From Octopus sinensis (Eukaryota): a stretch of 64,000 nt of DNA. Shown piece by piece: positions 23,700 to 35,830 of the stretch. Made by a program: the position numbers and the translations under genes. The notes beneath the pieces are model-generated. The model was not told where the DNA came from and made no database searches. It saw only the letters and a list, made by a program, of their open reading frames with translations. The stretch spans positions 62,001 to 126,000 of the forward strand of contig NW_021832844.1 in the NCBI RefSeq assembly GCF_006345805.1, read 5' to 3'. The stretch's first letter is position 1. Every line of letters starts with the position of its first letter.

Positions 23700-24519
23700 T
23701 CTAATCAGTTCTCTGTAGAATCGCCTTCTGTTAAGTTGGTATTGGCCGTTCTGAAAATCCTTTTTGCTTTAGCTTATAGTGAGTCTGTCTCAGCTGATCT
23801 GGAAGCTAACAGGTTAATAATCATCGAAATTATGTTGCCAATGAAAAATTGTCTTATTAATTTGTAACAAAAATTAACCCATTAATTAAAATTATTGACT
23901 TCTTGTAGCTTTTATCGTTTTTCTCTTTGTCTAAATATGATGATGACTTTTTAAAGCCAGAGCAGCTTCTAAAATTTCAGAGGTCAAAAAACATCCAAAT
24001 CGTCAAAATTTCCCAAATTTGATGCTAAACTTGTTGAATTTACGGATTTTATGGAATCAAAAAGTATTTTATTTTCTTAATACTAGATTATATTTTAAAT
24101 GCTGCGATAATATCAAAAAAGTACAAAGTATTAAGAAAATTGCTATTTTAAGAATTCTAAAGGATTTCTTGAAGCTTCAAAAAGAGACATGAATGGGAAA
24201 CACGTCATCACTCTATCGGACGATTATTTATTCTACAAAATGAGTGGATGAATTAATCATCTGCGGAGATGTCGATAATAACTGTTCAAAACAGACAGTT
24301 AGGAGAAACAACGATGAATATTACAGAGTGATCCTTTCTCACCTCAGATCTGGGTTCCATTAATTGACCCACAAAGTCGGATGCTAAGTTTCCAAAAGAC
24401 AGTTGACCACCTTGCCACAAGATGTAAAAGAATGCTCGGATGACATAATTACTAGAATCTGCACTTTTGCAGGAATTTATTATAAACCATGTAGTTTTTA
24501 GATTTTTTGTACCCGCCAT
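23700..24519 (-). CDS. Unidentified probable multi-exon gene
   Basis: ATG at 24519 followed by short exons separated by 24-27 nt GT-AG segments; no family recognised. Confidence 0.3.
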
Positions 24520-24534
24520 GTATTAACAAATTAA

Positions 24535-25898
24535 TTAATAATGAATCAGAATCCTACACAATTGCGACCTGTCGGAGATGGAAGGGCAGTAGGGACATTT
24601 GACACTGCATATGAGCAGAAGACACACAAACAGGTTCCTCGGGGTGATGATGGACCGTATGGCGTCCAGAGACAACAAATGGCCACAGCGCAGTGCCGTG
24701 GGGGGATTGCCGAGTGTGCAAGTCTTTTTCAGCACCGGACAGATGTATATTGAGTGGGTCTGGAACTTGGGGTGCAATTTGAGGTCGATCTACAACTCAG
24801 TGAGTAGGCAAACGGGCAAGACAGGTTTTTTGTATTTCTTTTTTCTCGTAGATTCATAATTCCGTGTAAAGTTGACAAGTGGCTGAATTGCACGGATCCC
24901 GACTTGGAGACTACATTCTCACCATATTCTACATAGGGAGAAGAGCAGACTCGTGCATTCCCTGCAGAACCACGTTGGCCGATCGACAGAATTCGACCTT
25001 CATATCCAACCAAATTTCATCCAACAGTTTCTCAGTGCACGAAAAGTCCCCCAAGATGACGAAAGCAACCAACTTGTTGATGTGGTCAATCAGATCTACG
25101 TCTCGCAAAAAATTAACCTTCACAGTCGGCGTTTTCGAGAAACACAATTCTAGAAAAACTGAAGAACTCGAAGATTTGATTTCTGACGAGGAACTCGGAG
25201 CACTTCAACTTTATAAGGAGAGAGAAAAGTTTGGATTTAGTTTCTTTGAGAGTGTCCAAGTTTTTGTTCATCCAACTGACATTAACACTCTCCGTACTTT
25301 ATCAGACAAGTCAAGTTACGGTTCCTGATGTCCTCAATTATTATGTTTATTTCTCTCTGGATTCCTACTAGTCGCTGGTCTACCCTCAGTTTGAGTTCCT
25401 TTAATGTTAATGTCATCAGGCCACTACTTTCGACAGTATATTGGCTAGTCCTATCTTGCCGGATATTAAGATGTGGTTGATCAGGACTTTGTGGAGCATC
25501 ACCTTCGAGTAATAGTGCTCAAATTCTCCTAAAACAATCTTGTGAATATCAGTGGCGAAATACTTTCACGTTAATATCATTCATACTTTTTTACTATTTT
25601 TTGATGATTTGTTTATTATATTATAGGCTTCCTGGTGTCTACCCTTGCTTACATTCACGAAATCAGCGACGTTCCCCACTGCATTTTTGATGTCAGTAAA
25701 CGTATCTTGGTCCATTGTTGTAACTCCTATTTCCACTTCTGACATCAATGTTTTTGTGCTACTTTTTTTTAAATCTTGAATGACGCGACTAAGCTGCTGG
25801 TTCAAGTCCCGGTACTGTGGCATTAGAGATTGAATAAAATCAAGTTTTTCCTTTGCAATGACAATGCTCTTGATCAGTTCATTAATTTCGGAGCTCAT
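24535..25898 (-). CDS. RMND5: GID/CTLH complex RING subunit RMND5
   Basis: HSIYICPVLKK...NPPTALRCGHLLSLDAI...KCPYCP degenerate RING; N-terminal coiled region and LisH-like segment. Confidence 0.85.
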
Positions 25899-26409
25899 TC
25901 TCGGATTGTGTAATTAATTACATTATTATATTTATTTAAAACTACTCTCTTTCTATAACAAAAATTAAAAAAATATAGCTAAAAATATAGTCACATTCCC
26001 TGATTACAACCACTGTTAAAAGTGTTGGAAAAATTTTTTCTAATTTATGATCATTAAATCTTTACATTCTAGCAAGCAAACAGAGGTTTTCAGAAACGTT
26101 TTAGTAGATTAAAATCCCCCACCATTTTACTCCATGGCATATTTAACAGCAAATAAAGTAAGTGGTCAGTAATTAATAACTGTTCACTGCTTTTTCGTAA
26201 TAGTCGTCAGAAAGAGGACGGAAGAGAAGACATACAAATACGCAGCCACAAAATTCCTGAAATGAGTAACAAAGACCACCATTTAAGATTTCTCTCTTCA
26301 AAGCGATAGATTGGGTCGACTCCTCAGACCTCAGTGTAACGGCCGAGGGTAATACACATTCAGGGACAGCCAGTCGAATATGAGGATTTTGGCCAAAAAT
26401 AGTTGTAAA

Positions 26410-27660
26410 AACAATTTTAGGCTACTGGGTCGGAGCCTCGGTAGCTGGCAACTCTATCGATGTGGCCCTACGCAAAAAAGAACTTTTTCTCGAGGAAGCT
26501 TTTGATCGTATCAGACAGCTGGACTCGCACACAGCATTATTCCTCTTACGGAATTGCTTTTCGATCCAAAAGCTCTCCTATTTGCTTCATTCTTCTCCGT
26601 GTTTTGTTTTTCCAGAGAGGCTTTCAGCCATTGACCTCCTTATCCGCACTTGCACTCAGAGCATATGCAATTCCCCCTTCGACGACATGGGTTGGAGACA
26701 GGCAACCCTCCCGTTATCTTTGAAGGGCTCGGCATCCGCTCATGTTCCGACCTATCGTTACCTGCTTTCCTTTCTTCCGTCTCCGCGAGCCACACACTTG
26801 TTATGGAAATTCTACGCTCCTTTTCTGAATTTTCCTTAGACATAAATGTGGCTCATTTCAGCGAAGTCAGGAGGGAACAAAGTCTTGACTTTCCGGAAAA
26901 TCAGATGTCTCAACGAGCCTGGGATCGAATTAGATGCAAGCAAACTTCCAATCTGCTGCTCGACTCGTCCAACCAGCACCGTCGCGCTTGCCTTCTGTCG
27001 GCAGCATCCCCGGCTAGCGGAGCTTGGCTTTGTGCATTCCCGAACGCCCCATCTGGTAATCTCCTTGACGATGAAGCGGTAAGGATCGGAGTCTCTCTGC
27101 GACTCGGACTAAGGCAATGTGTCCCGCACACGTGCCGCTGTGGCTGCACTGTTGACCCTTTTGGTCTGCACCCTTTATCGTGCAAGAGGAGTGCCGGACG
27201 TTTCCCGAGGCACTCTGCTATGGATGACATCATACGGAGGGCCCTCGACTCGGCGGGATTTCCTTCGGTCACAAACCACCGGGTCTTTACCGCGGCGACG
27301 GGAAACGTCCTGACGGGATGACCCTTTTCCCCTTTGAAGGCGGAAAAGGCCTCGTATGGGATGTAACCTGCTGGGACACCTTTTCTGCTTCTCACTTAAC
27401 TTCGTGTGCTCTGGAGGCTAAATCTGCAGCTAAGAAGGCTGAAGATTTAAAGCTATCAAAATATTCTACCCTCTCGGAGGAGTTTTCCGTGGTGCCGATC
27501 GCGGCGGAGACGTCGGGTGCTCTCGGTCCAAAAACTGAAAAGTTCCTTCGCAAGCTCGGAGCCAAAATCTCAATGCGCACCCATGATCTTCGGGAGGCGA
27601 CTGGCTAATGCAACGGTTCTCGATCGCCATTATCCGGGGAAACAGTTTGGCAATCCGCCA
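26410..27660 (+). mobile_element. 5'-truncated CRE-clade retrotransposon
   Basis: [45 protein letters not shown]. Confidence 0.9.
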
Positions 27661-27661
27661 G

Positions 27662-27760
27662 GCTACATACATAAACATAATACTATCATAAACATATATA
27701 TCTGTATCTGTATATATCTGTATATACATATCTGTATCTATCATAAACATAATACTGACA
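27662..27760. repeat. TATCTG/TA microsatellite bracketed by repeated CATAAACATAATACT
   Basis: Directly visible low-complexity repeat after the CRE 3' region. Confidence 0.8.
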
Positions 27761-28149
27761 AGAATTATTAATTGTTTTCTAAAAAAAAATTTTAGGTTTT
27801 CTTTATGTCATTAATGTTAAATCCATATCAGGAAACATATTTATTGAACTTTCTGGAGAGCGTAAATAATAGGGAATTTCGGTGCAAAACTAAATGTTTT
27901 TTTATTAAAATAAAATTTTGCTCATTTGTACATTCAGTTTGGTTAACACTAAAAATATTTTTTGTATACTCCAATAAACCATAACAGACCAATTTAGTCT
28001 TTAATTGACCGCTGATAATTGTATTTAACATGATTATGAATATTTTCTAGGATTGATTCATAGTATCGTTATTCAGTAAATATTTCACTCCAGTATTCAA
28101 TGCAAATTTTTATTTAAATAAATTGAAAAAGTGACTATGCTGCAAATTT

Positions 28150-28470
28150 TTGAACTCGATCTATTTGATTTAAATGTAACAGTTGATTGAACTGAGACAG
28201 AAATTGAAGCTCCCGGTGACCTTAGTACAAAAAATGTGAGTTATTGCTGTGAAACTACGAACATGGACGGAGCTGCTTTTGAAGACCTAGACAGTTTTTT
28301 CGTTTTCACTTGGAAAGAATCAAATCATTACGCAGACAGAGGTACTACTAATCGCATGGTCGCTTTTTATGTTCACTGTCAAATAGTCCCTTATGTTGCA
28401 TACTGAGGTTGGAAGCGGACATTAGCTCTGACCATGTGCCGCTAACTATGTGGATAAAGATAGCTATGAG
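28150..28470 (+). mobile_element. APE endonuclease remnant
   Basis: FTWKES...ADISSDHVPL, the C-terminal SDH motif of APE domains. Confidence 0.4.
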
Positions 28471-28539
28471 TATTAAGGAGGACTTGTTCATTGGTTACAA
28501 CGTCGTAGATATGAAATGAAGTTTATTTGAAATGAAGTT

Positions 28540-29290
28540 TATTTGAATCATTTATGCGGAAGTCTATTTGAACTGTCGTGCTCAAGTCTCTGAGGTGCAG
28601 AGAGGATGTCGGGTTGAGCCAATTAAATGCCGCCTGAAAGTTGAGATTGACAAGATCAAATATCGTTCAGAAAAAACCTTTCCGAACGGAAATTGTCTGA
28701 AGATTATTCTGCTACTTGTGCCCATTTGAAAATCGGACGAAGCTGCCCGATTCTGAATCTATCCAGCGTCAGTTAGACGAAATCCTTTGCCAGTCTTAGT
28801 TTCTGTCTCTAATCAACACCGACTCGCTTTCCTCCATCTAGGTTGCTGTCAAGGCAGTGGTGTTTGGTTGAAGGCTTTCCCTCTTCCCTTCATCGGGAAT
28901 CAAGTAGACAATGAATTTTTGAGCATCGTAATTTCTCTTCTGTTCGAACTGAAGATCTGCTAGCCACAAAAATCAGCTGTGGGGAACTGTTGACAAATAC
29001 GGTTTACATCCTCTTGGTTGCCGTCGGAGTGCTGGTCGTGACCCTCGTCACGGCAAACTCAACGTTATCATAAGAAAGCCCTCCCTTCCGTGGGTGTACC
29101 GTCAATCTTCGAGCCGGTTGACCTTGGATAGAGGAGACGGCAAACGTCCGGACAGAACGTCCACCTTCCCTTTGGCCGACAGATTTCAAGGATAAGACAC
29201 GATTTTAGAGTCATCTTGGAACGTCTGTCGATCGCTGTAATCCGTGAGAATGGTTTTGCTATTCGTGAGGCTGGTCGAGGGTCTCTTTTA
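28540..29290 (+). mobile_element. Degenerate, internally deleted CRE-clade copy
   Basis: [40 protein letters not shown]. Confidence 0.75.
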
Positions 29291-29758
29291 ACTTGTTTAA
29301 CTTTTTCGTTTTATTTAGGAACTTTAACGGGTTGTTTGTTTTTAAAATAAATAATCTTAAATGAGAAAAGGGTAAATATTAATAAAATCTTTTACTTATT
29401 TTATAATATTAATAAAACTACATTTTTATACGTAGATATTGGCAAGTTTATTTATATAAAATTAATTAATTATTGAATTATTCTTTTTAAACAAGTCTAT
29501 TTATGGCAACAGCTGGTAGTTAATGTCCCAAATTAATAAGTATATGTCAGTTTATTAATCTTTAAAATTTAAAAATATACATTGATATTCGTCATCGAAT
29601 ACAATACACATAAATTATTATTTTCACATATAAGGTTGCCAAAATAATTTTATTTCAGGCTTTAAACATTTAAATATTATTGACATTAAATTAATTTAAT
29701 TATATTTTTGCAATAAATTAATTTTTAAAAAATTATTTTATTCATTTAATTAATTGTA

Positions 29759-31120
29759 ATGACTACTGAAAAAAATAACTATTGGACTGCCAAACATAAA
29801 CTTCTAAACATCTTCAAAACAAAACGAGACAAATCTACGCCAGTGTTAGATTATTCAGGTGACCATTCTCTAAAAGTAACAGGAATGTACAATTAATTGT
29901 TTAGATACTAAATCGAGTCGGAAACAACTGCAATGAACTAATTAAAGTTGTGAATAAATACAGAAAAATGCTACAAAGTTTTATTTTAGCAAAATTCTTA
30001 AGACGTCTCCGAGGCTGAAAACAATTTTGCAGATTTCCTTGCTACGAACAATGTTCATAACGTGGAAGGCGTTCAGGGAAAATTGATAAACGTCGGAGAT
30101 ATATTTCGTCATGTTTCGATAAAACGGTTGCTAAAATCCTGAAACTAAACTTTCTTAGGCTTGGAGTCCAAGTTCCATTGACTCGATTTGAAGAAGAGCT
30201 TAAGGAATTTAAAAATCATGCTTTCAAAGACGTCATCGCTACTTGCAAAAAATACGAATCAATGAAGAATCAATACCATAGATATATTATATGGATGTCT
30301 GAGGCCTCGTCTAAACTCGATCCTGACAACGAGGACAAACTACAATACTATCGAAAAGTCCAATACCAACATATTACTTTAATTAGATTCAAAAAAATGT
30401 CCGCTTATGTAAGCAGGACTATGATCTTTCGAGGGTGGCCATGCAACAGAAGATCGGACTGCTTTTAAGTAGTCGTCTATGTTTCCTATCTCCGCACGTG
30501 ACATTATATAACGAATCCATTTTAATTGCTTTTGGAAAAATCCGGGACTTGTTGTCAGAGCTTCTATTTGTTCTGAACAGAAGTGAAACTACCTCGACTT
30601 TTTACAAAGTATTCATTTTTTTAAATGAATAGGAAATGTTTCAAAGCTGCCCCAACTCAAATCCAGCTCTAGATGATATGAGAGCGTATATTAATTTGTT
30701 TCCATTAATTTTACAGGGATAAGGAACAAATATATTCTTATGGTTTTTTAATTTTATGTCAATTTAGCCGACGAGGATAGGAATTCAGACGACGTTGAAC
30801 TGCTGAAACTCAAAAACTCAGAGGAGGAAGAGGGAGGTTACAGAAATGTTATTAAAAATAAGATGAAAAAATATTTGATATTGAAAATATTGAATCGGGT
30901 GATTCTCACACAAATGAAAATATAGATGAGTTGATTTTGGTTTTAAGACGGTATAGTAATACTGAGAATGTATCGTTTCTTCTAAACTTTGGATCCGATA
31001 TTTTTGATTCCAATTCTAATACCAAAAATGTAATTTCACATTTTACAAAAATAGACTCTCAGCACCGAATGGCTCAATTTTCTTGCGGAATGTGAAATCA
31101 ATATCAACGATGATCTTGAC
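29759..31120 (+). CDS. ICA1: Islet cell autoantigen 1 (ICA69, arfaptin-homology domain); last exon interrupted by hAT
   Basis: YWTAKHKLLNIFKTKRD, VPLTRFEEELKEF, YIIWMSEASSKLDPD..YRKVQ, QKIGLLLSSRLCFLS, TEWLNFLAE. Confidence 0.8.
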
Positions 31121-32487
31121 CAGGGGTCACCAAACTTTTTGCACTCGCGGGCCGGATTGACCCCAACACAATGAACGCGGGCCGGAACACGTGCATAGCA
31201 CGGAGCAAAATATCAATCTCACTTCGGAGTTTATAAAATCTATTTAATACATTACCACAGCTAAGCCATCTAACTGCAGTGTAATATGGTAAGTCAAAAT
31301 ATTCAGATCCAAAATCGTCAAGTAAAACTTTAAACTGACGGTGATTAAGTGAGCTCCCTCGAACAAAGTTTATTATGCGAATAACTGGATTCAACACACA
31401 TGAAATATTAAGAGCCTTCGCACATAGTGCGTGCTGATGAAGGATGCAATGAATGAACAAAGTGTTTGAAATATGTAATTCCTCCAATTTATTAGTTATT
31501 TGCCCAACTAGACCCTTTTTAGAACCAGCCATATTCTTTGCCCCGTTAATCGTAACACAACTCAGTTTCTCCCATTCAAGGTTATAGTCACTTATAGTTT
31601 GTTCCAATTCATCAAAAATATCTTTTCCAGTGGTTGTTCCATGAATAGAACAAACAGATGCCAGTTCTTCAGTTATGGAAATATTCTCATCAACTCCACA
31701 AATAAAAATAAGAAGTTGCGATGTTCCCGAAATGTCAACTGACTCATCCAATGCAAGAGAATACCACAACATATTACTTGTCTTTTCACAAATTTGTAAA
31801 TATATATTTTTTCCAAGCTCTTCAGTTCTCCGTGATACAGAACTCGCCGACAAACTTATTCCATCAAATAAGGAAGAATTTAGTGGGCACAAACAATTAA
31901 CTGCTTCAATAATGCAATTTTTGATATACATCCCATCACTAAAGGGTTTCCCGTGTTGTGAAATAATTTTCGTTATCTCGTATCCAGCTCTTGTTACATT
32001 TTCATTATTTTCAAAATTTTTTTTATAAGGCCTTGTTGAATTTGTAAAGTGCGTTTCAGTGATTCAACTTTATCCTCACGTAGCTTTCCAGTGTACTTGG
32101 AATATATCGGAGCATGATTCGTTTCATAATGACGTCGAATGTTATACTCCTTCATAACAGAGAGATGTTCGTGGCATATTAAACAATAAGCTTTCTGCTT
32201 TAATTCATCTTTCGCAAAAAAATACTTCAATTCCCATAATTTATTGAATACACGGCATTCGCGGTCAACCTTTCTTTTCATATTAGACGCAACAAAGAAA
32301 AATTTAACGTTAATGCTGATAAGTTTTTTTCAAATTAAATCTTGCAAAATAGTTTAATTTTTTAATTAAAGTTTTTATTTAAGTTAATTATAAGGTATTA
32401 ATTGAATATCTCGAAATAGTGCGCGGGCCGGATAAAATGTTGTCGCGGGCCGGATCCGGCCCGCGGGCCGTAGTTTGGTGACGTCTG
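31121..32487 (-). mobile_element. hAT (Charlie/Buster/SPIN-like) internally deleted element, copy 1, 1367 bp
   Basis: TIR CAGGGGTCACCAAACT / AGTTTGGTGACGTCTG; 8-bp TSD ATCTTGAC at 31113 and 32488; CLICHEHL, SLALDES, HCILHQ, VRWLS. Confidence 0.97.
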
Positions 32488-32519
32488 ATCTTGACTGTAA
32501 ATAATTTATTTGTTCATTG

Positions 32520-34850
32520 ATATTCAACTCAATTATAATCCCCGCAAGCGCGCAACATAGCCTGGCAAACAGCCGTCCTGGACAATAAAGTCTCCGACAG
32601 ATTATCCACACATGTCACGTCCCAAACGAGAGATCTACCTCCCCTGAATGGGAATGTAGTCATCCCGTCTGGACGTTTTCCATCACCCTGAAAGAGACCA
32701 ACCGGTTCCAGGATAGACGGGAATCCCGCGTAATCAAAAACCCTCTTAATCACTTTATTGAGTAGACCAGGGGTCACCAAACTTTTTGCACTCGCGGGCC
32801 GGATTGACCCCAACACAATGAACGCGGGCCGGAACACGTGCATAGCACGGAGCAAAATCAATCTCACTTCGGAGTTTATAAAATCTATTTAATACATTAC
32901 CACAGCTAAGCCATCTAACTGCAGTGTAATATGGTAAGTCAAAATATTCAGATCCAAAATCGTCAAGTAAAACTTTAAACTGACGGTGATTAAGTGAGCT
33001 CCCTCGAACAAAGTTTATTATGCGAATAACTGGATTCAACACACATGAAATATTAAGAGCCTTCGCACATAGTGCGTGCTGATGAAGGATGCAATGAATG
33101 AACAAAGTGTTTGAAATATGTAATTCCTCCAATTTATTAGTTATTTGCCCAACTAGACCCTTTTTAGAACCAGCCATATTCTTTGCCCCGTTAATCGTAA
33201 CACAACTCAGTTTCTCCCATTCAAGGTTATAGTCACTTATAGTTTGTTCCAATTCATCAAAAATATCTTTTCCAGTGGTTGTTCCATGAATAGAACAAAC
33301 AGATGCCAGTTCTTCAGTTATGGAAATATTCTCATCAACTCCACAAATAAAAATAAGAAGTTGCGATGTTCCCGAAATGTCAACTGACTCATCCAATGCA
33401 AGAGAATACCACAACATATTACTTGTCTTTTCACAAATTTGTAAATATATATTTTTTCCAAGCTCTTCAGTTCTCCGTGATACAGAACTCGCCGACAAAC
33501 TTATTCCATCAAATAAGGAAGAATTTAGTGGGCACAAACAATTAACTGCTTCAATAATGCAATTTTTGATATACATCCCATCACTAAAGGGTTTCCCGTG
33601 TTGTGAAATAATTTTCGTTATCTCGTATCCAGCTCTTGTTACATTTTCATTATTTTCAAAATTTTTTTTATAAGGCCTTGTTGAATTTGTAAAGTGCGTT
33701 TCAGTGATTCAACTTTATCCTCACGTAGCTTTCCAGTGTACTTGGAATATATCGGAGCATGATTCGTTTCATAATGACGTCGAATGTTATACTCCTTCAT
33801 AACAGAGAGATGTTCGTGGCATATTAAACAATAAGCTTTCTGCTTTAATTCATCTTTCGCAAAAAAATACTTCAATTCCCATAATTTATTGAATACACGG
33901 CATTCGCGGTCAACCTTTCTTTTCATATTAGACGCAACAAAGAAAAATTTAACGTTAATGCTGATAAGTTTTTTTTCAAATTAAATCTTGCAAAATAGTT
34001 TAATTTTTTAATTAAAGTTTTTATTTAAGTTAATTATTAAGGTATTAATTGAATATCTCGAAATAGTGCGCGGGCCGGATAAAATGTTGTCGCGGGCCGG
34101 ATCCGGCCCGCGGGCCGTAGTTTGGTGACGTCTGGAGTAGACCATAACGCGAAAATCGGACAGCATTCCTCTTACAAGACAAGACGTGTAAACCGTTTAA
34201 AGGGATCATGAAACCACATCGGCAACGGTGCGGTTGGCATATATCAAGTCCAAGTCGAATACACGCTCCGATGCGAACAGCCTCGTCCTCCAAAAGTAGA
34301 CCGTTGAAGCCAATGAGAGACCGTTTAGCCAATCCCCCAAGTGGGGCTGGCAGGCGGGATTCAAGGAAGCTAGCTGCATCGATCGCCTTGCGAGCGAAGG
34401 CTCTCCAACACGTGTGAACATCTGATGACATCACAACTCTTCTGCATCGAAGGATTCTCTGGAAGGTCAAGTTCGAGCGATCTCCAGGCGTGAAGAGCAA
34501 GGTATTCCGTAAGCTCGCAAAGTTCAGGTAAGTTTATAAAAACAGAGCGAACGAAATTTCTAGAAGCGGACAACGACGAGAAATAGCAAGGCAAGATCTG
34601 CACAAGAACGAGCCCCAATACCACAAAAGCGGAGTGTAAGCGCAACACAAGAATTTCCCATCTTAGTAAACAAGTTGTTCAGAAGGAATTGTAACAACAA
34701 AGCAACAGCGTCATCCAAAGTCAAAAGTTCTAGATGTAAACAAGAAGATGTGTGGAGCAAATAGGTCAGCAGAGGGATGTAAAGAACGTTTGTCTAGAAA
34801 AAACGTTTTGTTCTATCTAAAAAAGTTATCGCAATATCGATTTTTGGTGG
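32520..34850 (-). mobile_element. CRE-clade copy split by hAT copy 2
   Basis: Joining across TSD GAGTAGAC restores RNAVRFSRYGLLNKVIKRV; RPDGMTTFPF and WDVTCVD. Confidence 0.9.
32768..34134 (-). mobile_element. hAT element copy 2, 1367 bp
   Basis: Same TIRs; 8-bp TSD GAGTAGAC at 32760 and 34135; differs from copy 1 only by a few 1-2 bp indels seen by eye. Confidence 0.97.
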
Positions 34851-35250
34851 ACTAAAGACACCGTTTCCGGCTCTCTGCACTCTCTACAAACAATTCATCG
34901 AACCAACAATTGGCTACGCCTGCGCCGCTTGGGGTTCTAATCTCTCATGGTCTAACCGCCTTAAAATTGAGACTACACTATGCCGAGCCGCGGCTAGCAT
35001 AACGAAAATTTCCAAACTGAACAACATTACCCCAACTCCGCTTGACCAACTTATTAAGAAAGATGGAAAGGGTTTCTTAGCCATCCAACAAGACCACCTG
35101 CCAAAAGACTTCAACAATCAGAAGCACATCACCCCAATCCAATTCCTCACAAAAACTGCTCCCCGCCCGTCCCGCACTTGCGTTGGGTCCAGAGTCCAAC
35201 ATCGGGAAAAGCTGAGAAAGATTTTGAGGATTGTTGGAATCACCTAATTA
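34850..35250 (+). mobile_element. I/Jockey-like LINE 3' fragment
   Basis: LYKQFIEPTIGYACAAWG, the post-RT motif. Confidence 0.6.
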
Positions 35251-35329
35251 ATTACCCTAATTAACTGTTGGTGATTCTTGGGTTAAAATAATAATAATAT
35301 CGCAATATCTGCAAAATCAGGGAAGTCGA

Positions 35330-35620
35330 CTATTTTCACGGACGAATGCTGTTTTGAAATCTTTAATACAAAAAAAGAGAATTGTGATTTAGAAAAAATA
35401 ATACGCGTCTAAAAAAATCGCATTTATCTCCAACTGTAAAATTTAGAGGAAAGAGACTTATGCTATGGGATTGTTTCAGCTATTATGGAGTAGGAAATTT
35501 AGCAAGTATAAACATTAAGATGAAGATCCAATAAGAAGCTCATCGAGAGCATCCCAAGAAAATCAAGTGATGTTTTATGGCAAAAAAGCAAATATATTAA
35601 ATCTTTAAACAATTTATTCA
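35330..35620 (+). mobile_element. Tc1 DDE transposase remnant
   Basis: IFTDECCF and TVKFRGKRLMLWDCFSYYGVG. Confidence 0.65.
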
Positions 35621-35629
35621 GATTTGCAT

Positions 35630-35830
35630 TTGTCAGACCACTTTTCATAAATCTTCAAAAGAAGTATGCAACAACTTAAAATCGGTTTTCTAGACCTTGC
35701 AAAATTTTGCAATCAGATAATAATTCAGAATTCAAAAATGTGTCTCTGAGAAATTCATGCAAAGAGTTCAACGTAGTTCAGATACATGGAAGACCAAAAA
35801 ATCCCCGTACACAAGGGATTGTAGAACTTT
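35630..35830 (+). mobile_element. Integrase core fragment in frame with the downstream CRE ORF
   Basis: KILQSDNNSEF...IHGRPKNPRTQGIVE. Confidence 0.75.

Noticed and set aside
26130-26400. Possible short spliced gene upstream of the CRE copy
   Set aside because: GT-AG pairs exist but no convincing frame or homology.
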